A DNA stretch of 64,000 bases. Origin: Mobula hypostoma. Its lineage: Eukaryota. The stretch lies in the NCBI RefSeq assembly GCF_963921235.1, contig NC_086097.1, forward strand, positions 126,482,001 through 126,546,000, written 5' to 3'. This document shows, in pieces, positions 39,491-52,457 of this stretch. Position numbers and translations under genes: made by a program. Every line of letters begins with the position of its first letter. The stretch's first letter is position 1. The notes beneath the pieces were generated by a model, which had not been told where the DNA came from, made no database searches, and saw only the letters and a list, made by a program, of their open reading frames with translations.

Positions 39491-39820
39491 ACTGATAGGT
39501 TGTTGCTAAAGAAAAGAACATGTGTACAGTTAGCAGATGAAGAACAGACAAATATGGAAAGTGGATTAAATGACCAGATACATAAGAGGAAAGCTAGCTT
39601 GGATTGCATCTACATTAATGTAGGAAGCCTAACTAGTAAGTCTAATGACTGGGGTTCAACATATGGGGATTGATGATGTTGCTGTTATTGAAGCTGAGTT
39701 GAAAATTGGTCAGAACTGGCAACTCAGCTTTCCAAGGTATGAATTCTTCAGGCAAAATCAGAGGGAAATTAAATATTAATGTAATCTGTTATTACACTAA
39801 GGAAGTAGGATATCAGGTCG

Positions 39821-40047
39821 CAAACACGAGGAAATCTGCAGATGCCGGAATTTCAAGCAACACACATAGAAGTTGCTGGTGAACGCAGCAGGCCAGGCAG
39901 CATCTATTTGAAGAGGTACAGAAGTACTCTTACTAGCTCTTCTTTCATTTAGTCCTGACGAAGGGTCTTGGCCCGAAACGTCGACTGTACCTCTTCCAAT
40001 AGATGCTGCCTGGCCTGCTGCGTTCACCAGCAACTTCTGTGTGTGTT
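39821..40047. mobile_element. PLE fold-back mini-insertion
   Basis: Inverted arms. TSD GTAGGATATCAGGTCG at 39805-39820 and 40048-40063. Confidence 0.92.
39951..39986 (+). ncRNA. Minimal hammerhead ribozyme motif
   Basis: AGTCCTGACGAAGGGTCTTGGCCCGAAACGTCGACT. Confidence 0.75.
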
Positions 40048-41415
40048 GTAGGATATCAGGTCGATGGTCAGCATGGCTTTGTGCATGGTAGGTCATGTCT
40101 AACCAGTCAGTGTTTTGTTTAAGGAGGTTGCAAAGAAGGTTGATGATGAGGTGAGAGGCATTCATTGTGTGGATAGTCAGAGGCTTTTTCTCAGGGCTGA
40201 AATGGCTAACATGAGAGGGTACAGTTTTAAGGTGCTTGAAAATAGGTACAGAGGAGATGTTGGATAAGTTTTTTTATGCATGGAATGGGCTGCTGGCGAC
40301 GGTGGTGGAGGCGGTTATGATATAGGGTCTGTTAAGAGACTCCTGGATAGGTACGTGGAGCTTAGAAAAATAGAGGGCTATGGGTAACGCTAGGTAATTT
40401 CTAAAGTAAGTACGTGATTGGCACAGCATTGTGGGCCGAAGGGCCTGTATTGTGCTGTAGGTTTTCTGTGTTTTTATGAAAGGTGGTGGATATTGTGTAC
40501 ATGGACTTTAGCAAGGCCTTTGACAACCACTTGCAATGGAGGCGAGTTCAGAAGGTTAAGTTGCCTGGCATTCAGGATAAAGTTGCCACTAGGATCTAAC
40601 ATTGGTTTAGAAGCCAGGGAGTAGGAGTGGATGGTTGTCACTCTGGAGGCTTGTGACTAGTAGTGTGCTACTGGGATCAATCCATTGATGCTTATCATGT
40701 ATATTAATGACTTAATATTGATGTGGTAAACTAATTAGCAATTTTGTGTATGACACCAAGCCTGGGGTGGGGGTATCTTGGACATTGAGAAAGCTTCCAA
40801 TGTAACCTCGACCAGCTGGCAAAATTGGCTGAAAATGACGGGTGAAATTTAATGCAAATATGAGTGTTGCACTTTGGAAGGACTTACACAGAGAATGGTA
40901 TGGCTCTGAGGTGTGTGGTAGAACAAAGGGACTTGAGAATACAGGGCCCTAACTGGCATCACCAGTGGATAACATTTGTCACATATTGAGTCCTGGAATT
41001 GTGAAGTTATGTTGAAGTTGTACAAGATGTTGGTGAGGCTGAAATTTAGGAATGATATCAAGCTTGAAAGAGAGCAGAGAAGATTTTACCTGGATGTTGT
41101 CAGAACTTGAGGACCTGAGTGAGGAAAGGTTAAAAAGTGTAGGACGAGATTCCCTGGTGGGCAGGAGAATGAGGGGTGATCTTACAATGGGATAGAAAAT
41201 TGAGGGGTGTAGATAAGGATGAATGCATGCAGGGTTTTTTTTCCCCTTCAAGTTGTGTGAGCCGAGAACTAGAGATCATAGGTTTGGTGTGAAAAGTGAA
41301 ATATTTTTGGAGAACCTGAGGGGAAGCTTCACTCGGGATGTTGCAAGTGTGGAACTAGCTGTTGGCTCAGGTGGTAGATGCAGGTTCAATTGTAACATTT
41401 AAGTTTGGATAGGTA

Positions 41416-43037
41416 CAGGTATCCCCCGCTTTTGGAACGCTCGCTTTACGAAACCTCACTGTTACGAAAGACCTACATTAGTTCCCTGTTTTCGCTAACA
41501 GGTGTTTTCAGTGTTACGAAAAAAGGCAGCGCGTAAAAAAAGTAGTGCATGAAAAAAGCAGCGCGCGCCCCGAGCAGCCGCTCCCCCTGGATTCGGAACG
41601 GCATTCTAGCCGACATTGCTTAAACACGTGCCTGTGAGCAGCCATTAGCAAGATGAGTTCTAAGGTATCGGAAAAGCCTAAACGAGCTTGTAAGGGTGTT
41701 ACACTTAGCATAAAACTAGACATAATTAAGTGTTTCGATCGTGGTGAACGAAGCAAGGACAAAGTGAGTTTGGCTTGTGGAAGTTGACGAAGATGATGTT
41801 GAAAAGGTTTTGGCATCCCATGACCAAGAACTGATAGATGAAGAGCTGATGGAATTGGAAGGGGAAAGGATAACAATTGAAACCGAATGCAGTAGCGAAC
41901 GGACCGAAAGTGAAGTTGTCCAGGAACTGAACGTGATGCAACTGCGTGAGATTTTCGCTGCAATGATAAAGTACGACTTCAATTTTGAAAGGGTACGTCG
42001 GTTTAGGGCATATTTGCAAGATGGTTTGAGTGCTTACAAAGAACTGTATGATAGAAAAATGCGCGAGCCTAGCAGTCAAGCAAGCCTTCAGCAAACGACG
42101 AACCTTGACCTTCAACATCGAGGCAGGCAGAGATAGAAGATGATGACCTGCCTGCCCTGATGGAAACAGACAACGATGAGATGACACTCCAGTGTCCCAC
42201 CACCCCAACCACCGGGCCGCGGACAGATACCGATTTGCAGAGAATGCAGGGGTAGCCAGGAGGCACACAGCACATCTTTAAGAAAAAAGCCGAAATAAAC
42301 AAGCTAATTAATTAGGTGCCGCCCGGCACGTAAATGTTGGCCCAGATCAGAGGCAACGCAATCAGCAATCGCCTCTGATCTGGGCCGACATTTACGTGCT
42401 GGGCGGCACCTAATTAGCTAGCTTATTTATTTCGGCTTTTTTCTTAAAGATGGGCTGGGTGCGTCCCAGCTACCACTGTACCCCTGCATGCTTCGCGGAT
42501 CAGTATCGGTTCGCTGCCGGGAGGTTGGGGGCCTCTGCACCACCCCAACCTCCGACGACTCAACCTAACACACCATCATCAGTGTGCTCAATGTCTTCCT
42601 GATTCCCGTAAGTGATACTACACTACACATACATTATTTCTACTTTAGATATGCTGTATATTTTTACGTGTTATTTGGTATGATTTGGCAGCTTCATAGC
42701 TTAAAGGTTACTGGGGAGCGCTTGTGCCGTGTTTTTGCCGAGAGCGCTTGCCTGAGATTTTCGTTACGGAGAACAGTTCAGGCAATGATTGTAGATAAGT
42801 ATTTCTACTTTATATAGGCTGTGTATTTATCATATCATTCCTGCTTTTACTATATGTTACTGTTATTTTAGGTTTTATGTGTTATTTGGCTTGATTTGGT
42901 AGGTTATTTTTTGGTCTGCAAACGCTCACAAATTTTTCCCATATAAATAAATGGTAATTGCTTCTTCGCTTTACGACCTTCCGGCTTATGAACCGTTTCA
43001 TAGGAACGCTCTACTTTCAGATGGCGGGGGAAACCTG
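41416..43037 (+). mobile_element. Non-autonomous Tigger/pogo-type DNA transposon
   Basis: TA|CAGGTATCCCCCGC...GCGGGGGAAACCTG|TA. The HTH start (KGVTLSIKLDIIK) is fused to the C-terminal DDVEKVLASHDQELIDEELMELE; the DDE domain is deleted. Confidence 0.9.
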
Positions 43038-43403
43038 TACATGGATGAGAGGATTTTGGAGGAATATTGGGTGCTTGTGGATGGAACTAGGCAGAAGTTC
43101 TGATTGCCATGGACTTAGATGGGCTGAAGAGCCTGCTTCTGTGCAGTAGGTATTAACAATGATATCCTACATGGAAGAACTTGTGAAACAGCAAAAAAGT
43201 GATCACTTTGCTGTGGATGTGCTGCCAGCCTCCAAACAGTGATGGATGATTGAGGAACGAATGTGCAGAAAATCATGGAGAACCATAAAAAGATTAGGGG
43301 ATTTCATCTTCCCTGATACGAACTGGGATTTGTTTTCGTGCAAAAGGCTTGATGGTGGAGGGGCAGCAGGGCAGAACTTTTTAAAGTACTTTCTGACATG
43401 CTC

Positions 43404-43564
43404 AACAACAGGAATTCTGCAGATGCTGGAAATTCAAGCAACACACATCAAAGTTGCTGGTGAACGCAGCAGGCCAAGCAGCAGGGTCTCGGCCTGAAAC
43501 GTCGACTGCGCCTCTTCCTATAGATGCTGCTTGGCCTGCTGCGTTCACCAGCAACTTTGATGTG
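43404..43564. mobile_element. PLE fold-back mini-insertion
   Basis: Inverted arms. TSD TTCTGACATGCTC at 43391-43403 and 43565-43577. Confidence 0.92.
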
Positions 43565-44685
43565 TTCTGACATGCTCTTTGAGCTAATACAAAGATAGTT
43601 CTGGAAGAGGAATGACGTTGGATCTAATCTCTTGTAAATATGGTTGAGGAATTGAAGCTAAGACCTAGGAAAAGTGGCTGGGAGCCACTTCATGTAGGTT
43701 AATGTACAAGCAACAAATGGAAGCATTCATAGTGAAATAGAACTCAGGGTCAATGTGTTTCCCTGATAGTGAAAGGTGTGTTCAACAAATCCAATCGAGA
43801 ATACGCAAAAATCATGGGTGTCAAAGGGCATTGAAAGTTGAATAGAGAAGAAAGGTAGTTTATGACTTGGTGTGTTGAAAATAATGGGGCCCTGAAGGAT
43901 AAGGTATTTAAAAAGTAATTGGGGCAAAGAGGTTGCATGAAATGGTACAGGAAGGCAAATTCAAGGAAATGTTAGCGGCAAGAAGGTAACCCTTGGAACA
44001 AAGGTGGAAATCGGATTAAAATCCTACAGGTGAAGCTGTCAGGAGCCGATGCGATTTGGAGCAGTTTGCTCAATTGGATCTGACGTTGGCTTGGTAATTG
44101 GCAGCAGAGCTTGATTAATGGAGGTTATTTTTGAAATAGGCCCTACTGCCTGTTACGCTGGTGGCATTTAGGGCAGCAATGAAGGTCCTCCATCTGTGGC
44201 GGTGTTCAGGTCCTCCTTCATTGTGTCAGTAGCTTCCTCTCGGTTTTCACTACTGTCAGTCATTCAAGTTCCAGGTGGTAACTTGGGAATACTGTCGCAC
44301 TCAGATCTAGAAGGATTCTTCACTGCTGTTTCTGTAACAGTTTTGTTTGACCAGTCAGGGTTGTTAGCCCTGAGCTGAACCTCTGAACCTGCGGACCACA
44401 CTTAGTCTGGCCTCTACACTTTGACCTGTTTGGCATGGTGACCCTACCAAGAGCCAAAGCATAAAGCCCTGACTCCAGCCAATGTAGTTCTCCGGGTCAT
44501 TGAGACACGCAAGCTGTGAAAAGGTTGTGGTCATCTTGGAGGTTTTGCAATAGGAGGCCTGTAACAATTGAGTACTGTGGAGATCTGTGCAGGGACTCTT
44601 GCTGTTTGTTATAAACCTTGACAATATGGGTGTAGAAGGTATAATTAGAAAGTCCATAGGTGATATAAACATTGATCGTCTAGTG

Positions 44686-44764
44686 CAGGGGTTTCCAACT
44701 TTTTTTATGCCATGGAGCCTCACCTTAAATTGAGGGCTCCATTGACCCAGATTGGGAACCCCTG
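44686..44764 (+). mobile_element. About 78-bp hAT-type MITE (related copies at 10127-10204 + and about 54967-55040 -)
   Basis: CAGGGGTTTCCAA...TTGGGAACCCCTG termini and a shared TTTTTTATGCCA core. Confidence 0.65.
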
Positions 44765-46082
44765 ACCCTGGTGCGTAAAGAGGAGGATATTCTTGACTAG
44801 ATCAGTTGAGAAGATGGGCGTAGAAATGGCGTGGAATTTAATCCTGAAAAATTTTACACTTTAGGAGGAATGATAAGATTTTGGTACACCATGATTGGTA
44901 GGGACGAGGAAGGACAGGATCTCAAAGACCTTAATATATATGCCCAAGGATCTCTGAATGTGAGTTGAGAAGATTGCTGAGAACACATTCGAGCCAGGAG
45001 ATAGAATGTAAAAGCAGGGAGATTATGCTGCAACTGGTAGGCCAACTGAAGTACTGTACAGTTTGGTCATTGCACTATAAGATGGATCCTCTCTGGCATT
45101 GGAGAGGATATGGAGAATTGACCAGGTTTTTCTTTGAATGGAGTGTAACAGCTAGAGAAGAGACTAAGCTGGGTTCATTTTCCTCGGAGAATGGAAGGGT
45201 CTCAGATGCACAAAGTTAAACGCACATTGTTATCCTAATATGTTTTATTTTTTCCATATTTCTACCAACGTTCTCCACTGTCCTTCCTCCAACTTCTACC
45301 ACTAATTTGCAGTCTGGGGACAATTTACCAAGTGCACATTTTTGGGATGTGGAATGAACCCAGAGTACTTGGAGGAACTGCACGTGGTGAAGGCAGAACT
45401 TTCAAACTCAACACAGACAGCACTCTCGGTTAGGACTGAACTGATGTTGCTGGAGCAGATCAGCTAGCTCTGCCACTTTTTCACCCGGCAAATGTGTCTA
45501 AGCAGCAGGCAAAGGTTTGAGAGAATGGTTTGGTGATTGAGAGAGGACACCAGGAAATCAACCAAGAGTAGTTGAAATTTGGAAAGCAGTGCCTTGGGAG
45601 TGGTGGGGGGTGGGGTGTGTGGTGGAGACAGGTACTGTCACAATATTTCAGAAATATTGAGGTGAATACTTGAAATACAGTGACATAGAAGAGTACTGGT
45701 CGGGTGCTAGGAATCAGATGAGTGTAGGTATGTACCTGATAACTAGCGTGGGCAATGGGTGCGGAAGGCACAGTCTATGGACTGTGCAATCCTATAACTA
45801 ACCATGTACAAAATCATCTTCATTAAATTAATGGCTGCTTTCAGTAGTTAATACCTGGAGTTTTCTACGAAATAAAAAGGGTAAATATTTTACTTACATT
45901 TGCAGTAGTATAGTAGTCCTGCTATCCTAAATGGCAGATCTCTTGGCTTATTTTGAGATTGTGACTTGTGGTTCTCAACCCTAGCCATGGGGAACATAAG
46001 ATCAGCATTTATATTGCCAAGCCCCTTCATGTTTCCACATTGACTCTTCCTGGTCCTTTTATTATTTCTAAGTCCTCGATAT

Positions 46083-46392
46083 GTGGGCACGTGGCCAAGT
46101 GGTTAAGGCATTGGACTAGCTACCTGAAGGCCGTGAGTTCGAGCCCCAGCCAAGGGAACATGTTGTGTCATTGAGCAAGGCACTTAGTCACACATTGCTC
46201 TGCGACAACACTGGTGCCAAGCTGTATGGGTCCTAATGCCCTTCCCTTGGACAACATCGGTGTTGTGGAGAGGGGAGACTTGCAGCATGGGCAACTGCTG
46301 GTCTTCCATACAACCTTGCCCAGGCCTGCGCCCTGGAGAGTGAAGACTTTCCAGGGGCAGATCCATGGTCTCTCAAGACTAACGGATGCCTT
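46083..46392 (+). mobile_element. tRNA-derived SINE
   Basis: A box TGGCCAAGTGG and B box GTTCGAGCC. The 3' tail is repeated at about 28672-28745. Confidence 0.8.
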
Positions 46393-46592
46393 AATAACTC
46401 CTGGGTTGCCACATCTTTAACAATAGATAGTAGTCTTGCAACTTTTTTTGTATAAGAATTTCCTAAAAACCCAAATACTGATAAGCAAATGCCCTACTGT
46501 ATTCACAATTGATAAGGTGAAAGATTGAATTTCTGCTGCATTATGTGGAATACCTTCCTATTTTCAAGACACTAAATGCAATTTGTTTTTAG

Positions 46593-46785
46593 TGATGGTG
46601 GCTATTCTGATAAAGCACAAGAGGAGGTTAGATGGGCGGAAAAGAAGATTGAGATTCTGCAGCTGAAAAATCCAGATGAAGAGGAATTTCCTTTTGAGAG
46701 CGATGAAGATGAAGACTGGGACTGGGACGATTGTGATGGTGATCTCACCAAGCGTTATACAGCTTATAGAAACAACAGTCAGCAG
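46593..46785 (+). CDS. RIOK1: RIO kinase 1, exon 2
   Basis: tttttag acceptor and CAG|gtaatg donor. Acidic segment with EDEDWDWDD...DLTKRY. Phase 2 to 0 fits the neighbouring exons. Confidence 0.92.
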
Positions 46786-47352
46786 GTAATGCAAAGCTTC
46801 AAAAATTCTCTTGTGCTCTCTGGTAAATCTGTGCACTCGGCTGTTCATACTTGCAAGATTAAATTGCACCCAAAATGGTTTAAAATAATCATTTTTTTAA
46901 AACTGAATAAATTTGTTTTGTTGAATGGTTTCACTTATACAATGTTGAAAATAATCTGCAATATAAATTGATTTTGTAGTAACAGGGCTATAATGTTGTA
47001 ATGCTTGTAAAGTGTTATGCTTATGGTTACATACCAAATGTAAAGCTCATAAATAACTATTTTTGTGATCATTCATAAAATAGCTTTGAGATTAATTTGG
47101 CCATGTTGTTAATGAACATTGCATTTTAGCAAAATCAGCATGTATCCTAACTTTGTCCTTCTGGACAACACATTTTTAAGTTTTTCTATAATATTTCTTG
47201 TGAATTTATATTCTGCATTCGTATTACATTTTCATAAATACTTTTGATGATATGCTGTTGTCCAAATGTTAATGTAAATATTATTTATTGTTTATGTCTT
47301 TGTATGAATGTTAAGTTGATGACATAAAAGTTTTTCTGCTGCAATGCTTTAG

Positions 47353-47440
47353 GCAAATAGGCAAGCTAACTATAATTCAACGAGGATGTCCGCTCCACCA
47401 GACAAGGCTCTGAGAAAATTTGAACATAAAATTAATCTCG
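47353..47440 (+). CDS. RIOK1: RIO kinase 1, exon 3
   Basis: [29 protein letters not shown]; ag acceptor and gtaagt donor. Confidence 0.95.
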
Positions 47441-49024
47441 GTAAGTTTTAAGTATTATTTAGAATCAAAACTTAAAACTTAATTGATGGCCATTTTGTTC
47501 ATACTTTGCAGTCCTACCTCCAAATTATTGGACTTTGGCTGTACAGGTTATGGTTCTTATTCAGGTGCTTTTATTTAAATGTTTAGATTCCTATTCTCAT
47601 GTTAATACAAAAAGGAAGTTGGATTTCTCCAGTTTTAGCACATATAGTTATGATAGCAAGAAAACATAGTCATAAAAATATGTCCCTGAGTGGCGTGGCC
47701 TATAACTTGATGGTGCATGGGTTGTTGTTCTGAGCGAACACTGGAGGGCAGCACCAAGCATAAATCTAGTACGGATTCCAGCTTGCCCACAGAGCCCTCT
47801 GCTCACTCCCACAAAGCCCCGACATCTCCTCTTCAGGCGGCTGCAACGGGTGACACTGGCATAAGGGCTTGGTCCACACAACAACCGAGGCATTGCAGCT
47901 CACCGGCCACCGGTCTCGCCAATGAACCAGTGAACCAGTATTCTACATTACCAGGTGCAACAGGGTCTTGCAATCACAATAAAAATGTCTAAGACAACCA
48001 TTTGCCCGACTTATTAGATTGCACACCACCTCCACACAACGACGATATGCAACAAGTCCAGGCAACCATCTCTATCAGGCACCTCACGGACGGGGTAGAC
48101 CTGCAGTACTTGATGTTCGTCATATTCAGCAGTGTTTTGCAATCGTAAAAAAGATGTAAAAGATGGACAATTGCACCTTCGGATGGACCGGGAGAGGCCT
48201 TCGCGACCGTGCATGCCGCCATCTTACCAGAAGGACAGTGCAAAGTTAGTGAACTCTAGATTCTGACCTCATTCTGAAATAATTTTATTCTCAATTCCTC
48301 TCAAATCCTCGTGTCAATTGATCTATTGTAAATCCACCCCCTCCCTCACAACTATTGATCTTTCTGCTAAGGTGAGTAAATCTTTCTGCATACCTTATAG
48401 GCTCCTTAATTTAAAATACTTCAACTGAAGTATTCTGAAGCTTTGGAGCAAGTTCTCCAATTACCTTTAATACTTCAGCCCTGGCAACATTGTAGGCCTG
48501 CAGATTCAATTAGCATTGGAACCATTATTAAACTGTTGGATTTGCTTCTCATATTGCTCAATTTAACATTAATGAATGTTTGAACTAAGTTTCTGTTTTG
48601 AGTTTGAGTCCAAAAAAGTGAATGCCACTTACTGTTTGGGTTTTTGACCCAGTGAAATGTGCATTAAAATTTTGTCAATACACCATGTTAGAGATTGGTC
48701 TGATATTGCTATGATTTAGTTTCTTTTTTAAAGGAAACTGAATATCTTATTAGAAAACTGAGTAAACAAAAATGCATATTTTTGTCGGGAGACTATTGGA
48801 AGTTCAGATGAGTTAAATTGAGCCAGTACATTGTTTATGGTGATCGAATGCATAGTATTTATGCCAATTGTCAAGGAATCGAATATGCCTGTTTTTCAGC
48901 CAGGAAATAATGCGCGATGTTAGATGAATTTAATATGTACCATCATCAAAATAAATTTTTCGTGATGGGCACAGAACAGTTCAGTTAAAGACTAGCTTTT
49001 GAGTTTTCAATTTTTTTTTGATAG

Positions 49025-49094
49025 ATAAACTAAACTTTGCTGATTCTGTGATAAACAAAGTAACTGAAAAGTCAAGGCAGAAACATACAGACAT
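49025..49094 (+). CDS. RIOK1: RIO kinase 1, exon 4
   Basis: (D)KLNFADSVINKVTEKSRQKHTD(M); ag acceptor and gtaagt donor. Confidence 0.95.
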
Positions 49095-49765
49095 GTAAGT
49101 ATAATCAATCTCGGTAAAACCTGATTAGTTTTCACATGTGCAATTAATAGTATTCTTTATTTAACAGTAGTAAAGGAAAATGGATTTCTCCACTTGAACT
49201 AGTTTTTACAGGCGTAATACAGCCATTTTGCGGGTTTGTGATGTAGTCTTACTTTGGTTTGATATCTGGAGAAACATTTGGGGTGTTACAATTGACTTCA
49301 CTGCTAGGTGGTTTTCCTTCTATTTGCTGTCCGTTGACTTCTATCAGAAGTGCAGAGTATACAAGTGCAAGAAAAATTTTGTGAACCCTTTGTAATTGCC
49401 TGGTTTTCTGTATTAGTTACTCATAAAATGTAATCTGAGTAAAAGGATTGTGGGAAAACAAGACTGGTCCATATCAGTTTAGATCTCTTGTGCTATCCTG
49501 ACATTGCTACGCTGTTGTGTGGAATCAGTGAGTGAGGACAGAAGTTACTTGTTACAATTAAGTAAGTTAACCGTATATTTACAGGACATGAAAAACACTA
49601 AACATTTAGTAAATCATGCAAGTTACACCCAGTTGCAGATGCAGAAATCTCGATGAAATTCTGTAAATACTGCAGGTGCTATGCAGGACAGTCGGCCTCT
49701 GTAGAGAGAGACAGACAGACAGGTTATTAATGATTATCTATAAAGATCGCTGGATATGCTTATGT

Positions 49766-50974
49766 CAGGGGTCCCCAACCTTTTTTGCACTGCGGACCAG
49801 TTTAATATTGACAACATTCTTGCGGACCGGCCGACCCGGGGTGGCGGGGGGGGGGGGTAGTGTTGCTGTGTTGCCGACAGACGGGAGTAGCAGTCAAATA
49901 CGTTGTGTTTACCCCGAGAAAGACTACAATGACCATGAAGCCTTGCGCAGGCACCTGTGTGCGCATGCGCAACTTGCACATACGTGTACATGCCGATTTT
50001 TCCCTAAAAATCGTTTTTGACTATTCTGTTCGGGGGGGGAGGGGTGGTGGTGTTAATCACGACCGGAATATAGGTGATAAGTGGCTAATACACTCAATTT
50101 CGTTTCTAAAAGGGTTTATCTAATGAATTTAACATTAAACACACACCGCATATTTTCCTCGCATGAATATAGTGATGTCAATTATCAGGGGAGGACAGGG
50201 GCTTGAAGTAAGTGTTGAACGAACTTCCAGAAGTGGTAGAGGCAGGTTCGATGTTATCATTTAAAGAAAAATTGGATAGGTATATGGGCAGGAAAGGAAT
50301 GGAGGGTTATGGGCTGAGTGCAGGTCGGTGGGACTAGGTGAGAGTAGTGTTCGGCACGGACTAGAAGGGCAGAGATGGCCCGTTTCCGTGCTGTAATTGC
50401 TATATGGTTATATAAGCCACTTATAATCAATAGCATCATAACATTTTAAGCAACGTTTGGATATTAAACACACAGTGCATATTTCCCCCATATGAACATA
50501 TAAAATCATTGCAACACACCAAGACCGCTGAATCAGTGGGAGCCCTGGGCTTGTTTTCCTGCAACAAGATGGTCCCATCGAGGGGTGATGGGAGACAGCG
50601 ATACTCAAAGGGGGTTCCTTATGTCCAGTCTATTCCTCAATTTAGTTTTCGTTGCATTCATTGCAAAGATATGTTGGAAATGGAAGCAATGTTTTCAGTG
50701 CTTTCAATCCTATCTCAGGATATTTAGCCTTGACGTTGATCCAGAATGCCGGCAGAGATGTTATGTCAAACATGCTTCTCAGCCCGCTGTCTTTTGCAAA
50801 CTCAAGGAGTCGATCTCCTTCCTGCGCTAACAGGGATGACGTGCGGGTAATGACCGCGCGCGTTCAAGCTCAACAGTGGGCGTGACAGGGAATGAGGAAA
50901 GGTTTCCTCGCGGCCCGGTAGCGCATGCTTTGCAGCCCGGTACTGGTCCGCGGCCCGGTGGTTGGGGACTGCTG
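49766..50974 (-). mobile_element. Non-autonomous hAT (Charlie-type) element containing a CR1 tail
   Basis: CAGGGGTCCCCAACC and GGTTGGGGACTGCTG termini; 8-bp TSD GCTTATGT. Minus-strand remnant of the hAT dimerisation domain (FDITSLPAFWINVKAKYPEI...LLPFPT...KLRNRL). Confidence 0.9.
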
Positions 50975-51203
50975 GCTTATGTAATATAGTGGGTGATAAT
51001 GACTGTCATTCAACTCCTTTCTCCCAGAAACCAAGCAACTATTCATTAGGAATTAGGGTTTGTATTTATGTATTTATTGTAATCTGTCCACATATTTTAA
51101 AAAGTTTACCGTACTTAAGTGAAACTTCAAATATACGTTAGGACTCTGTAATCTGAAATATTTAATCAGATTTAGCCGCCTTTATTAACCATTTGTTTCT
51201 TAG

Positions 51204-51246
51204 GTATCGAGTTAAAGATAAATCTGACCGAGCCACAGTAGAACAG
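51204..51246 (+). CDS. RIOK1: RIO kinase 1, exon 5
   Basis: YRVKDKSDRATVEQ, the hallmark RIO1 KDK.DRAT.EQ motif; ag acceptor and gtaata donor. Confidence 0.96.
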
Positions 51247-52068
51247 GTAATATTTGTACTGATCATTACACAGATAAAGTATTTGATAAGCTAAAGAAAT
51301 ATTCTGCATTGTGTTAGATCTTTAATTCAGGGCATTGCATGCTTTCAATATTTTCATTAACATAATTTGTGCACTGTGTTTTTGTATGTATAGTCAGAGT
51401 AAGAGCTCCTATTTGGAAATGTAATTGCACGTCTAGTATTGGTCAGAGAAATTGTCTACTTTATCCTTCAATCTTAATCTGTTCAATGCTATTTTTCGAT
51501 TTATTTTTAAAAAAATTCACTTTAAAGGGAAAGCAATGGAATTAACAAACCTATGTGGCCTGAATTTTCTTCTTCAACTTGTATCATGCTTTGAAACTGA
51601 ATGTAGGTACAAAGTTAAGAATGTTTTCCACCGAAGTATCTCTAAACTACAATTATATTCTCTTCCTTGTGATATTTTAATTATTATAATATGAAATATT
51701 GCAGCAACCCTGCAGTATTTTCTGAAGCCGTTCTAAGTCTGTGATGGACATGATGGTTTATGTCTTTGGAGGTTTTTGTCCAGTCAAGACTGAGGAGTAA
51801 GACATTATGGAGCTACCCAACCCAATTCTCTTTGAGAAGGGTAATGGGATTCAGCCAAAATGTATAGTAAATATGAAAGGCATGATCTTACTGTAATTTT
51901 CAGCTGAATCCCATTACCCTCCTCAAGGATTTGCATTCTTACCCAAGGTCATTTCTTGTTGCCTTATTAAAATCAAGGTCCAGCTTTGCTGAGAATGTTG
52001 CTAAAGTATCCTGAACAGTTTTTACAGATTTTTATGAAATTTGGCTTAATAGTTATGTCAATCTCTAG

Positions 52069-52161
52069 GTTTTGGATCCAAGAACTCGAATGATTCTGTT
52101 TAAAATGCTGAGCAGAGGAGTGATCTCTCAAATCCATGGATGTATCAGCACAGGCAAGGAG
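52069..52161 (+). CDS. RIOK1: RIO kinase 1, exon 6
   Basis: [31 protein letters not shown], containing the RIO P-loop STGKE. Confidence 0.97.
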
Positions 52162-52457
52162 GTAATTCCCATTAAGAGTATCGAGATTCATTTCAGAAAG
52201 ACAAATATAGATCAGTGATTTGAATGAGATGACTTTAATGTGCTTGGTAGGTCCCATGAGTATATAATAATATTTTCAGAATTATGTGATAGATGTAGTT
52301 AACAACTTATATATTCTGGACGTTAAGAAAATGGATGCAATTTGTGGAAATGCTTAGCAAGAAAGTCAGAAAGAAAGAAATTATGTTTCACGTTTAGTTT
52401 GACATGACTAATTTTGTTAACCAACAATTCTTAAAACTTTTCAAATTCATACATTTC

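Larger units (their letters stand above)
39560..43150 (+). mobile_element. Degenerate CR1 pieces interrupted by a PLE, a younger CR1 tail (about 40150-40478) and a Tigger (approximate)
   Basis: Decayed CR1 motifs. The CR1 sequence GGATAGGTA|CATGGA is rejoined across the Tigger. Confidence 0.75.

Noticed and set aside
46083..46155. tRNA gene
   Set aside because: A and B boxes are present, but there is no convincing cloverleaf and the sequence continues into a SINE body.
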